A DNA stretch of 64,000 nt, taken from IMG/VR virus record IMGVR_UViG_3300045988_143938; one strand, 5' to 3'. This stretch comes from a virus. The notes beneath the pieces are model-generated. The model searched no databases and was not told the DNA's origin. It worked only from the letters and a program-made list of their open reading frames with translations. Below, one piece after another: positions 35,811 to 44,788 of this stretch (position 1 is the first letter of the stretch; each line of letters starts with the position of its first letter). The position numbers and the translations under genes are program-made.

Positions 35811-36215
35811 TTATTTTATCACAAGGTCAGCCCTTATCAATGTAGCGCTGAACCCTAATCCGTCATTACCTTTCAGTGTCAGCTTTGGGTTAGAGACGGT
35901 GATGACACTGTCACTAATCGGGAACAAGGAAAGGACTTTCCCAACAAGGGCGTCCATTACATTTAAATCTTCAACGCCGCTTTTCTTTAATCTCACGTAG
36001 ACCTCTACGGTGCAGTATGTTTGTACGTTTCCGAAACCGCATCCGTAAGTCGAGGAAGTCAATTGTCCCGGTAGTGATACTACTATGAAATTATCCATTT
36101 GCTTAGGAACGGCAGCGGGTCGGTCATTGGTAAACACGTTATCACTAACCGCAGCTGCTGCATTAAACAATGATTTAAGCGCGTCTTTGTATTTAAAATC
36201 CTGCTCGTATCCCAT
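35811..36215 (-). CDS. head-tail completion/tail terminator-like protein (134 aa)
   Basis: Positional call only. Confidence 0.5.
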   Translation of the reverse strand: MGYEQDFKYKDALKSLFNAAAAVSDNVFTNDRPAAVPKQMDNFIVVSLPGQLTSSTYGCGFGNVQTYCTVEVYVRLKKSGVEDLNVMDALVGKVLSLFPISDSVITVSNPKLTLKGNDGLGFSATLIRADLVIK

Positions 36216-36218
36216 AAC

Positions 36219-36758
36219 TTACATCGGTTTAAATGTCATCTTAGCTATGCTCTCTGCGTAATCGTATGTGTCGGAAAGCACATTCAGTCCTTTCTTGGAT
36301 TCCAAATAGTTGGAATATTCAGTACCTGTGCACATTACCAACCCTATTACATCACGAGGAGACCTATAATTCTTGAGGAAATTTACAGATGTGGTTAATC
36401 CGTATTCTCCGTTAGTATCAATCAGATTGTACTTTTTTATAGGTATAAGCCTTCCGTTTTCATAGCTTCTTACCATTATCACTCCAAGTCCGTCTCCTCT
36501 GCTCAATTTAGGGCGGGTAGCGTTCTTTAATCCTTGTGTGACAACAGCGGTTATTATTCGGGAAAGCCCGCCTCTATAATAAATTCCGACAGCCAATGAA
36601 GTCAACGTATTTCCGGTTACATTATGATATTGCGCTGATACTACTCCGTCATGCAGGAGCTTAATGGCGATCTCCGTTATCCTATCCAACATATAGTTGT
36701 CAATAACAGAATTAATCTTCTTCTTCGCGTCCTCCAAGACTTTAGCATTATCTTCCAT
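36219..36758 (-). CDS. head-tail connector region protein (179 aa)
   Basis: Positional call only. Confidence 0.5.
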   Translation of the reverse strand: MEDNAKVLEDAKKKINSVIDNYMLDRITEIAIKLLHDGVVSAQYHNVTGNTLTSLAVGIYYRGGLSRIITAVVTQGLKNATRPKLSRGDGLGVIMVRSYENGRLIPIKKYNLIDTNGEYGLTTSVNFLKNYRSPRDVIGLVMCTGTEYSNYLESKKGLNVLSDTYDYAESIAKMTFKPM

Positions 36759-36761
36759 ACC

Positions 36762-37094
36762 TTAATTTTTAGCCAGATTGAAATATAACGTTGTTCCCAT
36801 TTCCGTAGGATAGCAATCAGTTACAACACACGCTTCAAAGGTTCCGCCGTAGTCGGTAACGTCAACAAGGTCTCCCGCGATAATACCCTTCACAAGTCCG
36901 GGAATATCTATGGCGTAATCGCTTTTTATAACGTTGCTTTTCGTAAATGTTCTCAAAGAGGAGCTTCCATACTTGTTGCATTCTCCCTCATACAGAACTG
37001 TTTCCGATCCGTCTTCAAACGAGGTTTCCCCCGAAATACGATACACCTTGCATGTATGCGGAAAACGTGGATTGTTTACTTTCATAGAGGCCAC
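36762..37094 (-). CDS. head-tail connector region protein (110 aa)
   Basis: Positional call only. Confidence 0.5.
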   Translation of the reverse strand: MASMKVNNPRFPHTCKVYRISGETSFEDGSETVLYEGECNKYGSSSLRTFTKSNVIKSDYAIDIPGLVKGIIAGDLVDVTDYGGTFEACVVTDCYPTEMGTTLYFNLAKN

Positions 37095-37483
37095 CTTTTG
37101 TTCATGTTCATACCCAAGTTGACAATCTTAATAGACGATTTCTTAACATTCTCTCCATACAAAGCATATATGTCATTAGCCATTTGCCGTAAATTGCGCT
37201 TGTCATAAGCGGAACTCTCTGTACCGCCTTCTTTATGTTTCCAAACGCCATTGGCATCCTCTACACTTCCCGTTACACTCGGAGTGCTCGCGCACCACAT
37301 ATAAAGATCTGCCCGGCATAAGTCCTTGAGACGCTTTTCGATTGTAGTTACATCAGAACCGGAGGTGATGCTTCTGTCAATCAATATCGTATTGATTGCG
37401 TTGTCTGTAACCTCGAAGCCGACACAGCCACGAAGATATTCTTCAATGGTTGTGCCGGTAGTTGTATTTAGAGAATCTTTCAT
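37082..37483 (-). CDS. head-tail connector region protein (133 aa)
   Basis: Positional call: directly after the capsid gene. Confidence 0.5.
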   Translation of the reverse strand: MKDSLNTTTGTTIEEYLRGCVGFEVTDNAINTILIDRSITSGSDVTTIEKRLKDLCRADLYMWCASTPSVTGSVEDANGVWKHKEGGTESSAYDKRNLRQMANDIYALYGENVKKSSIKIVNLGMNMNKRWPL

Positions 37484-37485
37484 GG

Positions 37486-38697
37486 TTATTTACCCTTTAT
37501 GTTCAAGTAGTAGAACCAACGAACCTTGTTAGGAACAACCAATCCGGTAACTTCCGATTTGATAGTCTGCGTCATGGTTTCGTCGTTGAATACTTGGCGA
37601 ATCAGAGTGCGGCCGCCGTCATACAATGCTGTACGTGCACCCGGAGTTTCCATGAAGATAGGACGTCCGCATTGCACGTCTCCCAAATCTTCGTTCGGGA
37701 CATACGCCATAACTCCTTCCTCGAAGTTCTGCAAGGTCTTGTAGTTGATTTTCTGCGTATCCTTGTCGTAGCTTTCTACTACGGAGATAGAATCAATTAC
37801 TCTGATTTTGGCACCGATACGAGCTTCGATAAACGCCTTGATTGCTTCGTCAGGAACAAGATTTGCAAAAGCAAGCTGCATGTCTTTGTCGGAAATGTCC
37901 GGACGGTTGGCGACTGTGTACATCTGACGGAAATACGGCAGATTGATGATGTCGTCCCATGTGGTCTTGCTTACTTCCCAGTGCCCCTGTGGTGCAAAGT
38001 CTTTCTGTCGGCTGTCTCGGTTGACGTCACGCATTACCTTGATAGGATCAATTGTAGTACCTACGGCTGCTTTTTGTGTGACAACTCCGGTTGCATCAAC
38101 CTTATTGTACCAATGAGAATCTTTAATGTTCTTCTTGGGAACGCCAAAGTCTATTGACAAAGAGATGCCAAGAGGATTATTAGCCGCATCAATAATCAGG
38201 TTTCCTTTTTTGGATACGACTTGGTTTCTCTGATAAAGGAACGTGTTATAGTTACCTCCAAGCAAGCTGTCTACTCCATTAAACAGAAGTTCCATGATTG
38301 TAGCCTCTATTTCCGGTGTAGAACTGCCGATAGCATCCATCAGCATCATCTTTTCACGCAAGATTTTACGGCTTAACGTAATCTCGTGCTTGAAAGTAGG
38401 CAGTCCGCCCATTTGCAATGAAAGGCCGTCAGTTGACTTGGTAGCACCGTCACTGTCAATATCTACGTAGGTAGCCAGCGTGTACGGGCGAATTGTTGCC
38501 TCAATCTGTTCGTAAGTAGGATTCAGAGGAATGTTAGGATTTAACGGGAAACCCATTTGGGCAAAAGTCTGTTCTGCGTTATACTTATCCGCAAACATGT
38601 CGTTAATCCATGCCTCCAACGGTTTGTTGCCGGTATATCCCATAGCAGCAAGCCCTCTTCCTACAATATCGTAAAATTCTTTGTTTCTTGTGTACAT
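37486..38697 (-). CDS. major capsid protein (403 aa)
   Basis: Size and position after the scaffold and decoration-like genes. The family was not verified. The overlapping plus-strand ORFs are judged spurious. Confidence 0.65.
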   Translation of the reverse strand: MYTRNKEFYDIVGRGLAAMGYTGNKPLEAWINDMFADKYNAEQTFAQMGFPLNPNIPLNPTYEQIEATIRPYTLATYVDIDSDGATKSTDGLSLQMGGLPTFKHEITLSRKILREKMMLMDAIGSSTPEIEATIMELLFNGVDSLLGGNYNTFLYQRNQVVSKKGNLIIDAANNPLGISLSIDFGVPKKNIKDSHWYNKVDATGVVTQKAAVGTTIDPIKVMRDVNRDSRQKDFAPQGHWEVSKTTWDDIINLPYFRQMYTVANRPDISDKDMQLAFANLVPDEAIKAFIEARIGAKIRVIDSISVVESYDKDTQKINYKTLQNFEEGVMAYVPNEDLGDVQCGRPIFMETPGARTALYDGGRTLIRQVFNDETMTQTIKSEVTGLVVPNKVRWFYYLNIKGK

Positions 38698-38711
38698 ATT
38701 ATCCCCCTTTC

Positions 38712-39431
38712 TTATTCATTGGATTCGCGCACAAACTCAATCATAGGTAATTGTGCTTCTACTGATTTAGGAATACCGCCACCCGCTACGCGGTCCGCGT
38801 ATATTCTGCCTGCTCTTACTACGGCACATGTTGCAGAAATGCAACCTTCGGGGATGCAGACATCCTCAAATACAAGGCCGTTTACGTCACTTAAGTTTCC
38901 GCTTGAAGTTGCACCTTGCTTGGTAAGTTCCATTGTCCCTGTTACTCCGGTGCTTCCGGGGATAAACATGTAGGCCGGAACCATTGCAGCTGTCTTTTGC
39001 GTGAATGTCAGCACTGCGCCACTTCTTTTCACATCCCACTCTGTGAAAGTGGCCTTGCCGCCTTCAATCTTTGTAGCGACCAGTTCGGGGGTTGTTTCCG
39101 AAGCGCTTGTTACTGCGATTGAGTAGCTTTTGCTCCCCAATACAAAGGATAAATCTCCGTTGGCGGTAGCCTTGTTGGTGATAGTCAGCGTTACTACCGC
39201 TTTTACACCTGTCACTCCCTCCGCAGTAATCACCTCTACCTGTTTGCCGGGGCCGTTGAACTTAACCATTGTGCCAGCATGTATAATATCGCCAGGGTTT
39301 AATCCCATTCCGGCAACATCAATCATACCGCCTCCTTGATACAGTTCTCGAACTCTCGACCATACAGGAAAATTACCGCCAAATTCCGACCGGAATTGAC
39401 CGATAGTGTTGAATGTTCCTAATTGTCTCAT
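38712..39431 (-). CDS. head decoration-like protein with inserted beta domain (239 aa)
   Basis: PGDIIHAGTMVKFNG... and ...NGLVFEDVCIPEGCISATCAVVRAGRIYADRV resemble the gpD-type decoration fold pattern. The middle roughly 90 aa look like an extra beta domain. Recognised by eye only. Confidence 0.45.
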   Translation of the reverse strand: MRQLGTFNTIGQFRSEFGGNFPVWSRVRELYQGGGMIDVAGMGLNPGDIIHAGTMVKFNGPGKQVEVITAEGVTGVKAVVTLTITNKATANGDLSFVLGSKSYSIAVTSASETTPELVATKIEGGKATFTEWDVKRSGAVLTFTQKTAAMVPAYMFIPGSTGVTGTMELTKQGATSSGNLSDVNGLVFEDVCIPEGCISATCAVVRAGRIYADRVAGGGIPKSVEAQLPMIEFVRESNE

Positions 39432-39455
39432 CTTTTTTGTCTGTTTTAAAATGTG

Positions 39456-40118
39456 TTATTTGGTTTTCGGGAGCTTGCCTCTTGATTTCATTAACTCCTT
39501 AAAGGCTTCTCTTCGGCTTTTTGCCTGCTCTTCTCCGGTTTCCGCAAACTGATTGATACTTGGGGATGCTCCGTCTCCGAAAATCGCCTTGTATCTTTTC
39601 TCGTAGTTGCGTTTAGCACAGTTTACAATGTCCTCCACTTTCATTCCGTCTGTAATTTCCACATCGGAAATGGCAATGCCGAGGATCTCATCGTTGCAGA
39701 TGTTTTTACCACCATTCTCGATTTGAGATTTCAACTGGCTTTTGGATTCGGCCTTTAACTCGTTGATTGACGCGGCTCTTTTCTCCGCTTCTTTTTCCCC
39801 CTTTAGCTGCAAAAGCTCTTCTTCCATTTTTTTCAATTTGGCGGCAAGCGTTCCCTCGTTTGGTTCGTCTTTTGCATCGTCCGGGATTGGTTGAGGTTTG
39901 TAGTTTTTCTTGAAATCCTCAACTTGTGTTGCTACATCATGATTGTACTGTCCCTGTAACCCTTGCAGAAATCCGGTAGCCTTGTTGAAGTAAGTATCGT
40001 CAGGTTCACTTCCTTCCTCTAACGGGTTAAGGTCTATGTACTTCATTAATGTCTGTGACGAAAGGCTGGTTTGTCCAAGTCTTGTCGTTAATTCGGATAA
40101 GATTTGTTCTTTCTCCAT
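39456..40118 (-). CDS. capsid scaffolding protein (220 aa)
   Basis: Acidic and coiled-coil rich, immediately upstream of the decoration and capsid genes. Confidence 0.6.
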   Translation of the reverse strand: MEKEQILSELTTRLGQTSLSSQTLMKYIDLNPLEEGSEPDDTYFNKATGFLQGLQGQYNHDVATQVEDFKKNYKPQPIPDDAKDEPNEGTLAAKLKKMEEELLQLKGEKEAEKRAASINELKAESKSQLKSQIENGGKNICNDEILGIAISDVEITDGMKVEDIVNCAKRNYEKRYKAIFGDGASPSINQFAETGEEQAKSRREAFKELMKSRGKLPKTK

Positions 40119-40141
40119 CGTGTTTTATTTAGTTGTGTTAT

Positions 40142-40185
40142 AAAAAAAAGAGCCTATCAACGCTTTGTGCGTCAATAAGCTCTTT
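40142..40185 (-). terminator. leader terminator B (conserved with 24495..24545)
   Basis: On the minus strand, CAAGCCAAAGAGCTTATTGACG...CGTTGATAGGCTCTTTTTTTT. The outer stem is 40147-53/40179-85 and T8 corresponds to plus-strand A8 at 40142-49. Confidence 0.65.
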
Positions 40186-40208
40186 GGCTTGCATATCTAA
40201 TATTACTA

Positions 40209-40388
40209 TTATTCCTTCGTCAGTCTAACTCTCATAAATTTACGGCATCTCCTGCATATAATCCTAATGGAAGAACTTCCGCAAACTTCCTCAACGTCCA
40301 TTATTTTCTGTTTACACACCGGACATATTGCAAAGTTTCCTTTTCTATCAGGTAACTCTTCATCGAGTTGGACGTCAATTTTTATCAT
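40209..40388 (-). CDS. Com-like zinc-ribbon protein (59 aa), first ORF of the leftward late unit
   Basis: Hand-translated as MIKIDVQLDEELPDRKGNFAICPVCKQKIMDVEEVCGSSSIRIICRRCRKFMRVRLTKE. CPVC...CRRC has zinc-ribbon spacing like the Mu Com family. Below the track cutoff. Confidence 0.5.
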   Translation of the reverse strand: MIKIDVQLDEELPDRKGNFAICPVCKQKIMDVEEVCGSSSIRIICRRCRKFMRVRLTKE

Positions 40389-40407
40389 ATCACATGATTT
40401 AATAATG

Positions 40408-40415
40408 CAAATATA
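40408..40415 (-). promoter_or_regulatory. -7 box TATATTTG (minus strand)
   Basis: Exact match abutting the 14-mer at 40416-29. Confidence 0.5.
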
Positions 40416-40482
40416 TCACCTATTTTCTATAAAAACAACATTATAGACATATTTTTATGGGTAAAATTTAGAAAATAGATGA
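40416..40482. promoter_or_regulatory. motif locus 3: TCACCTATTTTCTA (40416-29) and GGGTAAAATTTAGAAAATAGATGA (40459-82), inverted pair in the divergent late promoter region
   Basis: Each copy lies next to a -7 box, at 40408-15 (minus) and 40490-97 (plus). Confidence 0.65.
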
Positions 40483-40489
40483 AAAATCG

Positions 40490-40497
40490 TATATTTG
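40490..40497 (+). promoter_or_regulatory. -7 box TATATTTG
   Basis: Exact match 7 nt after the 14-mer and 78 nt before the terL ATG. Confidence 0.5.
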
Positions 40498-40527
40498 CAC
40501 TATATATTACTCATAGAGCTGTGAATC

Positions 40528-40574
40528 AAGCCGGAGTATGCAAAATCATATTGCATGCGACGGCTTATTTTTTT
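40528..40574 (+). terminator. leader terminator C immediately before the terL start codon
   Basis: AAGCCG 40528-33 pairs with CGGCTT 40561-66, with an inner ATGCA/TGCAT stem, then A + T7 (40568-74). The ATG is at 40575. Confidence 0.55.
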
Positions 40575-43265
40575 ATGGAATACGACGGAATTGTACATAC
40601 AAAAAATGGAGAGGGCGTATTTACTTATGCGCACATGGAAAAGCTGCGTGAATATGGAAATCCGCTTAATATAATCGCCCAAAAAGGATGTCAAGAAAAG
40701 TTCCTTGCGTCTCCGGCAGATATTACTATATTTGGAGGAAACCGTGGTGGCGGAAAGGCGCTGATATTCAATGAATTAGTGTGTACTCCGTTCGGATTTA
40801 GAAAAATCCAAGACATTAAAGCCGGCGACATAATCACTGGCCTTGACGGAGGAATGCAAAGGGTTGTTTACAACTCCTATCAGGGATTTAAAGAGTGTGT
40901 AAGACTTAAATTCGTTGACGGCTCTTATGCTGACTGCTGCATAGATCACTTATGGAATATCAAGCAATCTAACCATTGTTCAAAGAAAAGGGCTTTATAT
41001 AACCTCCCCTTAGAGGATGAATGGCGGGTGTGGACTACTCAAATGATTATAGACCACATGGAAAAGCAGAAGGGGAAGAAGCAGCCGCGCCATTTATCTG
41101 TTCCGTTGTGCAAGCCAGTTCGATTCACCAAAGGGAAATACTTCAAGCCTAAATTCAGTCCGTATCTGATTGGTGCGCTCATCGGGGACGGATGTATTGC
41201 CGATAGTGTAATCAGTAAAAACTGCTGTTATTTATTTAATCCTGACGAGGAAGTCATTGGCGAGTTCAAGAAATCAGTAGGGTATTCTTCTTGCGAGTTT
41301 GAGAAAGGCTGCTACCGCATGCGCATCAACGACAAAGAGCTTATCGCAGAGATTCAGAAATTGAATATAACAGGGCGTGCGGCAGATAAACACGTTCCTG
41401 ACATGTATTTATATGGGTCGCTGGAGGAAAGATGGGCGCTTGTTCAGGGCTTAATGGATACCGACGGAACTATTGATGAAAGAGGGCACCTGTCTTATAC
41501 TACAATAAGCAAACAGCTTGCGGAAGATGTAAAATTCCTTATCAACAGTTTGGGAGGATTGGCGACGATTGGCAGAGGCACCGCGGGGTATAGAAATAGC
41601 AATGGAAAATTTATCCAATGTAATGACGCATACACTCTTTATATAAGAATCCCGGATGCCGAAAGGATGTTTCGCGTAAAAAGGAAAAAGGAAAGATGCA
41701 AACCTTATAATGGCGGAATAAGCATCAATGCGAGAAGAATTATAGGCTACGATATGATAGGGAAGAAGGAGTGTTGCTGTATTGCAGTAACCAATCCGGA
41801 TAGTTTGTTTCTGACAAGGGATTTTATTGTCACCCATAATTCTTGGGCCTTGCTAATGGAGGTCTTGAAAGATATAAATAACCCGAATTTTGCTTCTGTA
41901 ATCCTGAGAAACGAAAAAGAGGACTTGAGTAATATAGTAAACAAGTCTTATGAACTTTTCTCTCAATACGGAAAGTACAACCGCTCTATCTCGGACATGA
42001 CTTGGAACTTCTATAACGGAGGTTTTTTAAAGTTTTCCTATTATGCGGATTCTTACGAAGACTTCGTAAAGCGTTTTCAGGGAAAAGAGTTTGCCTTTAT
42101 CGGTATAGACGAAATCACTCACTCTGATTACCTGAAGTTCAAATACCTTATTACCAACAACCGTAATGCCTACGGTATAAGAAACCGTTTTTATGGCACA
42201 TGTAACCCTGACCCGGATAGCTGGGTACGTAAATTCATAGACTGGTGGATTGATGAAAACGGTAACCCTATTCCGGAGCGAGACGGGGTAATACGCTATT
42301 GCTTCATGGATGGCGACCGACCGGAAGATATTTACTGGGGGGATTCCGTAGACGAAGTTTATAACCAATGCAGGCATATCATAGATCCGTTGCTTACGCC
42401 GGGTCTTATCAGTAAGGGTTACGACAAGTCGGCATTCGTGAAGACAGTCACATTCATAAAGGGAAAGCTTGAAGAGAACGTTGCTCTTATATCTTCCGAC
42501 CCTAATTATTTAGCCAACCTGGCCCAGCAGGACGAAGAATCTCGCGCAAGGGACTTGGAAGGGAACTGGAACTTTAAAGCTGCCGGGGATGATATTATCA
42601 AGATGGAACACATGGAGCGCTTCTTTAAAAATACCGCCCAATACGGAGACGAGAAGCGTAGGGTATCATGCGATATTGCATACGAGGGAGGAGACAACCT
42701 TGTCTTGTGGCTGTGGATCGGGAACCATATCGAAGATGTATATGTGAGTAGGGATAATTCCAAGCGGACGGAAGAGTGTGTTGCCCATAAACTTAGAGAG
42801 TGGGGCGTGCTGGAAAAGGATTTTGTTTTTGACTTAAACGGCCCCGGCCAGGATTTTAAAGGGAAATTCCCCGATGCGGTCAGGTTTAATAATATGGCTG
42901 CTCCAATACCCGCGACAAAAGCGGATGAGAAATCAATCAAGTATGTGTACTCCTCTTTAAAATCACAGTGTGCGGATATTCTTGTAAAAAAGATAAAGAA
43001 CGAGGAGATATCCATAAATCCCGATTTGTTATCGCGCAAATTCTCCGGTAACGGATATTCCGGAGTAACCCTTTATAATATTCTTATGAAAGAGAGAAAG
43101 GCTATTCGGGACGCGGAAACAGACAAAGGGTTTGCCTTGATTAAAAAGGAAACTATGAAAAAATACGTCGGGCACTCTCCTGACTTTATAGAAGCGATGA
43201 TTTACAGACAAATTTTTGATATAAAAAAACATAACACAAAACCAAAAGGATTATGGAGATTATAA
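40575..43265 (+). CDS. terL: terminase large subunit, intein-containing precursor
   Basis: Walker A GGNRGGGK|...|S is interrupted. Walker B is FAFIGIDEITH. GTCNPD is present, followed by a nuclease-half-sized C-terminus. The start is set at MEYDG because the track start 40479 overlaps the promoter motif. Confidence 0.9.
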   Translation: MEYDGIVHTKNGEGVFTYAHMEKLREYGNPLNIIAQKGCQEKFLASPADITIFGGNRGGGKALIFNELVCTPFGFRKIQDIKAGDIITGLDGGMQRVVYNSYQGFKECVRLKFVDGSYADCCIDHLWNIKQSNHCSKKRALYNLPLEDEWRVWTTQMIIDHMEKQKGKKQPRHLSVPLCKPVRFTKGKYFKPKFSPYLIGALIGDGCIADSVISKNCCYLFNPDEEVIGEFKKSVGYSSCEFEKGCYRMRINDKELIAEIQKLNITGRAADKHVPDMYLYGSLEERWALVQGLMDTDGTIDERGHLSYTTISKQLAEDVKFLINSLGGLATIGRGTAGYRNSNGKFIQCNDAYTLYIRIPDAERMFRVKRKKERCKPYNGGISINARRIIGYDMIGKKECCCIAVTNPDSLFLTRDFIVTHNSWALLMEVLKDINNPNFASVILRNEKEDLSNIVNKSYELFSQYGKYNRSISDMTWNFYNGGFLKFSYYADSYEDFVKRFQGKEFAFIGIDEITHSDYLKFKYLITNNRNAYGIRNRFYGTCNPDPDSWVRKFIDWWIDENGNPIPERDGVIRYCFMDGDRPEDIYWGDSVDEVYNQCRHIIDPLLTPGLISKGYDKSAFVKTVTFIKGKLEENVALISSDPNYLANLAQQDEESRARDLEGNWNFKAAGDDIIKMEHMERFFKNTAQYGDEKRRVSCDIAYEGGDNLVLWLWIGNHIEDVYVSRDNSKRTEECVAHKLREWGVLEKDFVFDLNGPGQDFKGKFPDAVRFNNMAAPIPATKADEKSIKYVYSSLKSQCADILVKKIKNEEISINPDLLSRKFSGNGYSGVTLYNILMKERKAIRDAETDKGFALIKKETMKKYVGHSPDFIEAMIYRQIFDIKKHNTKPKGLWRL
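40758..41840 (+). mobile_element. intein (361 aa) with LAGLIDADG homing-endonuclease domain, class-3-like
   Basis: Block A: ALIFNELVCTPFGFRKIQDI. Block B: GSYADCCIDHLW. LAGLIDADG motifs: LIGALIGDGCI and LVQGLMDTDGTI. Block F: ECCCIAV. Block G: FIVTHN, followed by Ser +1. Confidence 0.8.
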
Positions 43266-44788
43266 ACACACGCCAGATTATGGTACGTCGTCCGTTCCGG
43301 AGGATATTGCCAAATGGCTATAAAGCCGCTGCTGGGGTTATTTCAGGAAACACCCTCATCAATGAACCGTCTGATAATCCTACGTATCAGATAATAACTC
43401 AAATGGACTTCATGCGTGAGTTTGAGCCTTCGGGACATGCGATTAATGACCCGCTGGTATATCCTGACAGGTTAAGGCAGGACCCGGAGACGAAGCAATG
43501 GTTCAGGGAGTATGTTATCAGATGCGCTTTTGCTTTTCAAAGAATAATAACGGTCAAGCATCTTGTCCACCTTTGCGGGAATGATATTCAGTTTGAAATG
43601 GAAGGCGATACCGAGAATGAGAAAGTGAAAGATACCTTCTTTAAATTTAGAACGGGATGGGCCGTAAAAGACATGGAAATCGCATGGTACGAGGCCGCTA
43701 AGTCTGTAAAGATAACCGGAGATACGGCATTTGTGGGATACCTTAGAAAAGGAAAATTCTATTGGAAAGTCCTTTCTTTTGAAAAAGGTGATGTATTGTA
43801 TCCTCATTTTGATAATGTTACAGGAGAGCTATCCTTGTTTGCCCGTTCTTATTCCAATTACGACAGCAGCGGGAATATTGTGACCGACTGGCTGGAGGTG
43901 TGGGATGAAAAGTATCTCCGTCGCTTTAAAAAAGGAGGAAAGGGATACAGCAAAATCAAACAAGTAATAAAAAACTTATTTGGATTGGACGGTTATGAAC
44001 TCGTCTCTCAGCAAGAGCATGGGTTTACGTTTATTCCTGTGGCTTACCATAGATGCGATGCCGGAGCTTGTTGGTCTCCCTCGCAAGACAGTATAGAGCA
44101 ATACGAACTCGCTTTCTCCCAGCTATCTCAAAACAATACAGCCTATGCGTTCCCGATTATGTATTTCAAGGGAGAAAATATAAATATAGATGGAGGTGTT
44201 GACGGAACTGTAAAATGTATCACAATGGGGCCGGACGATGAAGCCGGATACCTTAATAAACAGGATGTATCTACGGCTTTCGAAAAGCAGCTCGATACTC
44301 TTTACAAGCTGATATATGAACAGTCGTTTGCTGTAATTCCTCCGGAGGTAAGAAGCGGCGATCTTCCGGGTGTGGCTATAAAGCTGCTTTATTCACCGGC
44401 GTTTGAGAATGCGATGAAGGATGCGCAAGAATATAACCGCCTCGTGGACGACATGGTGAAGATTTTCACCTATGGATACGGAGTGGAAACGGAAAATCTT
44501 ATAGACCTGCAAAACTTGAGTGTATATGCTTGGATAAAACCCTATATCCATTTGAATGAATCGGAGCTTGTGCAGAATCTTGCCACTTGTGTGCAAAACG
44601 GATTTTTATCACGTCAAACCGCAAATGAGCAGATTCAAATGTATAGCAATCCCCGCGACTGGGACAGGATAATGAGAGAGAAAAAGGAAGAGCAGCAGGC
44701 TGATATCCTTTATCAACTCAAAACCACGCAACCTACTCCCGAAGAAGAGGAACCCGAACACAACCCGGCTGGAGATGATAAGCAATGA
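43253..44788 (+). CDS. portal protein (511 aa)
   Basis: Size, position directly after terL (13-nt overlap), and an acidic C-terminus. Confidence 0.75.
   Translation: MEIINTRQIMVRRPFRRILPNGYKAAAGVISGNTLINEPSDNPTYQIITQMDFMREFEPSGHAINDPLVYPDRLRQDPETKQWFREYVIRCAFAFQRIITVKHLVHLCGNDIQFEMEGDTENEKVKDTFFKFRTGWAVKDMEIAWYEAAKSVKITGDTAFVGYLRKGKFYWKVLSFEKGDVLYPHFDNVTGELSLFARSYSNYDSSGNIVTDWLEVWDEKYLRRFKKGGKGYSKIKQVIKNLFGLDGYELVSQQEHGFTFIPVAYHRCDAGACWSPSQDSIEQYELAFSQLSQNNTAYAFPIMYFKGENINIDGGVDGTVKCITMGPDDEAGYLNKQDVSTAFEKQLDTLYKLIYEQSFAVIPPEVRSGDLPGVAIKLLYSPAFENAMKDAQEYNRLVDDMVKIFTYGYGVETENLIDLQNLSVYAWIKPYIHLNESELVQNLATCVQNGFLSRQTANEQIQMYSNPRDWDRIMREKKEEQQADILYQLKTTQPTPEEEEPEHNPAGDDKQ

Noticed and set aside
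40479-40574. ORF-track start of the terminase gene at 40479
   Set aside because: This ATG lies inside the TAGAAAATAGATGA motif, and the following 96 nt contain the -7 box and a terminator hairpin. The Met at 40575 (MEYDG...) directly follows the U tract and is the likely start.
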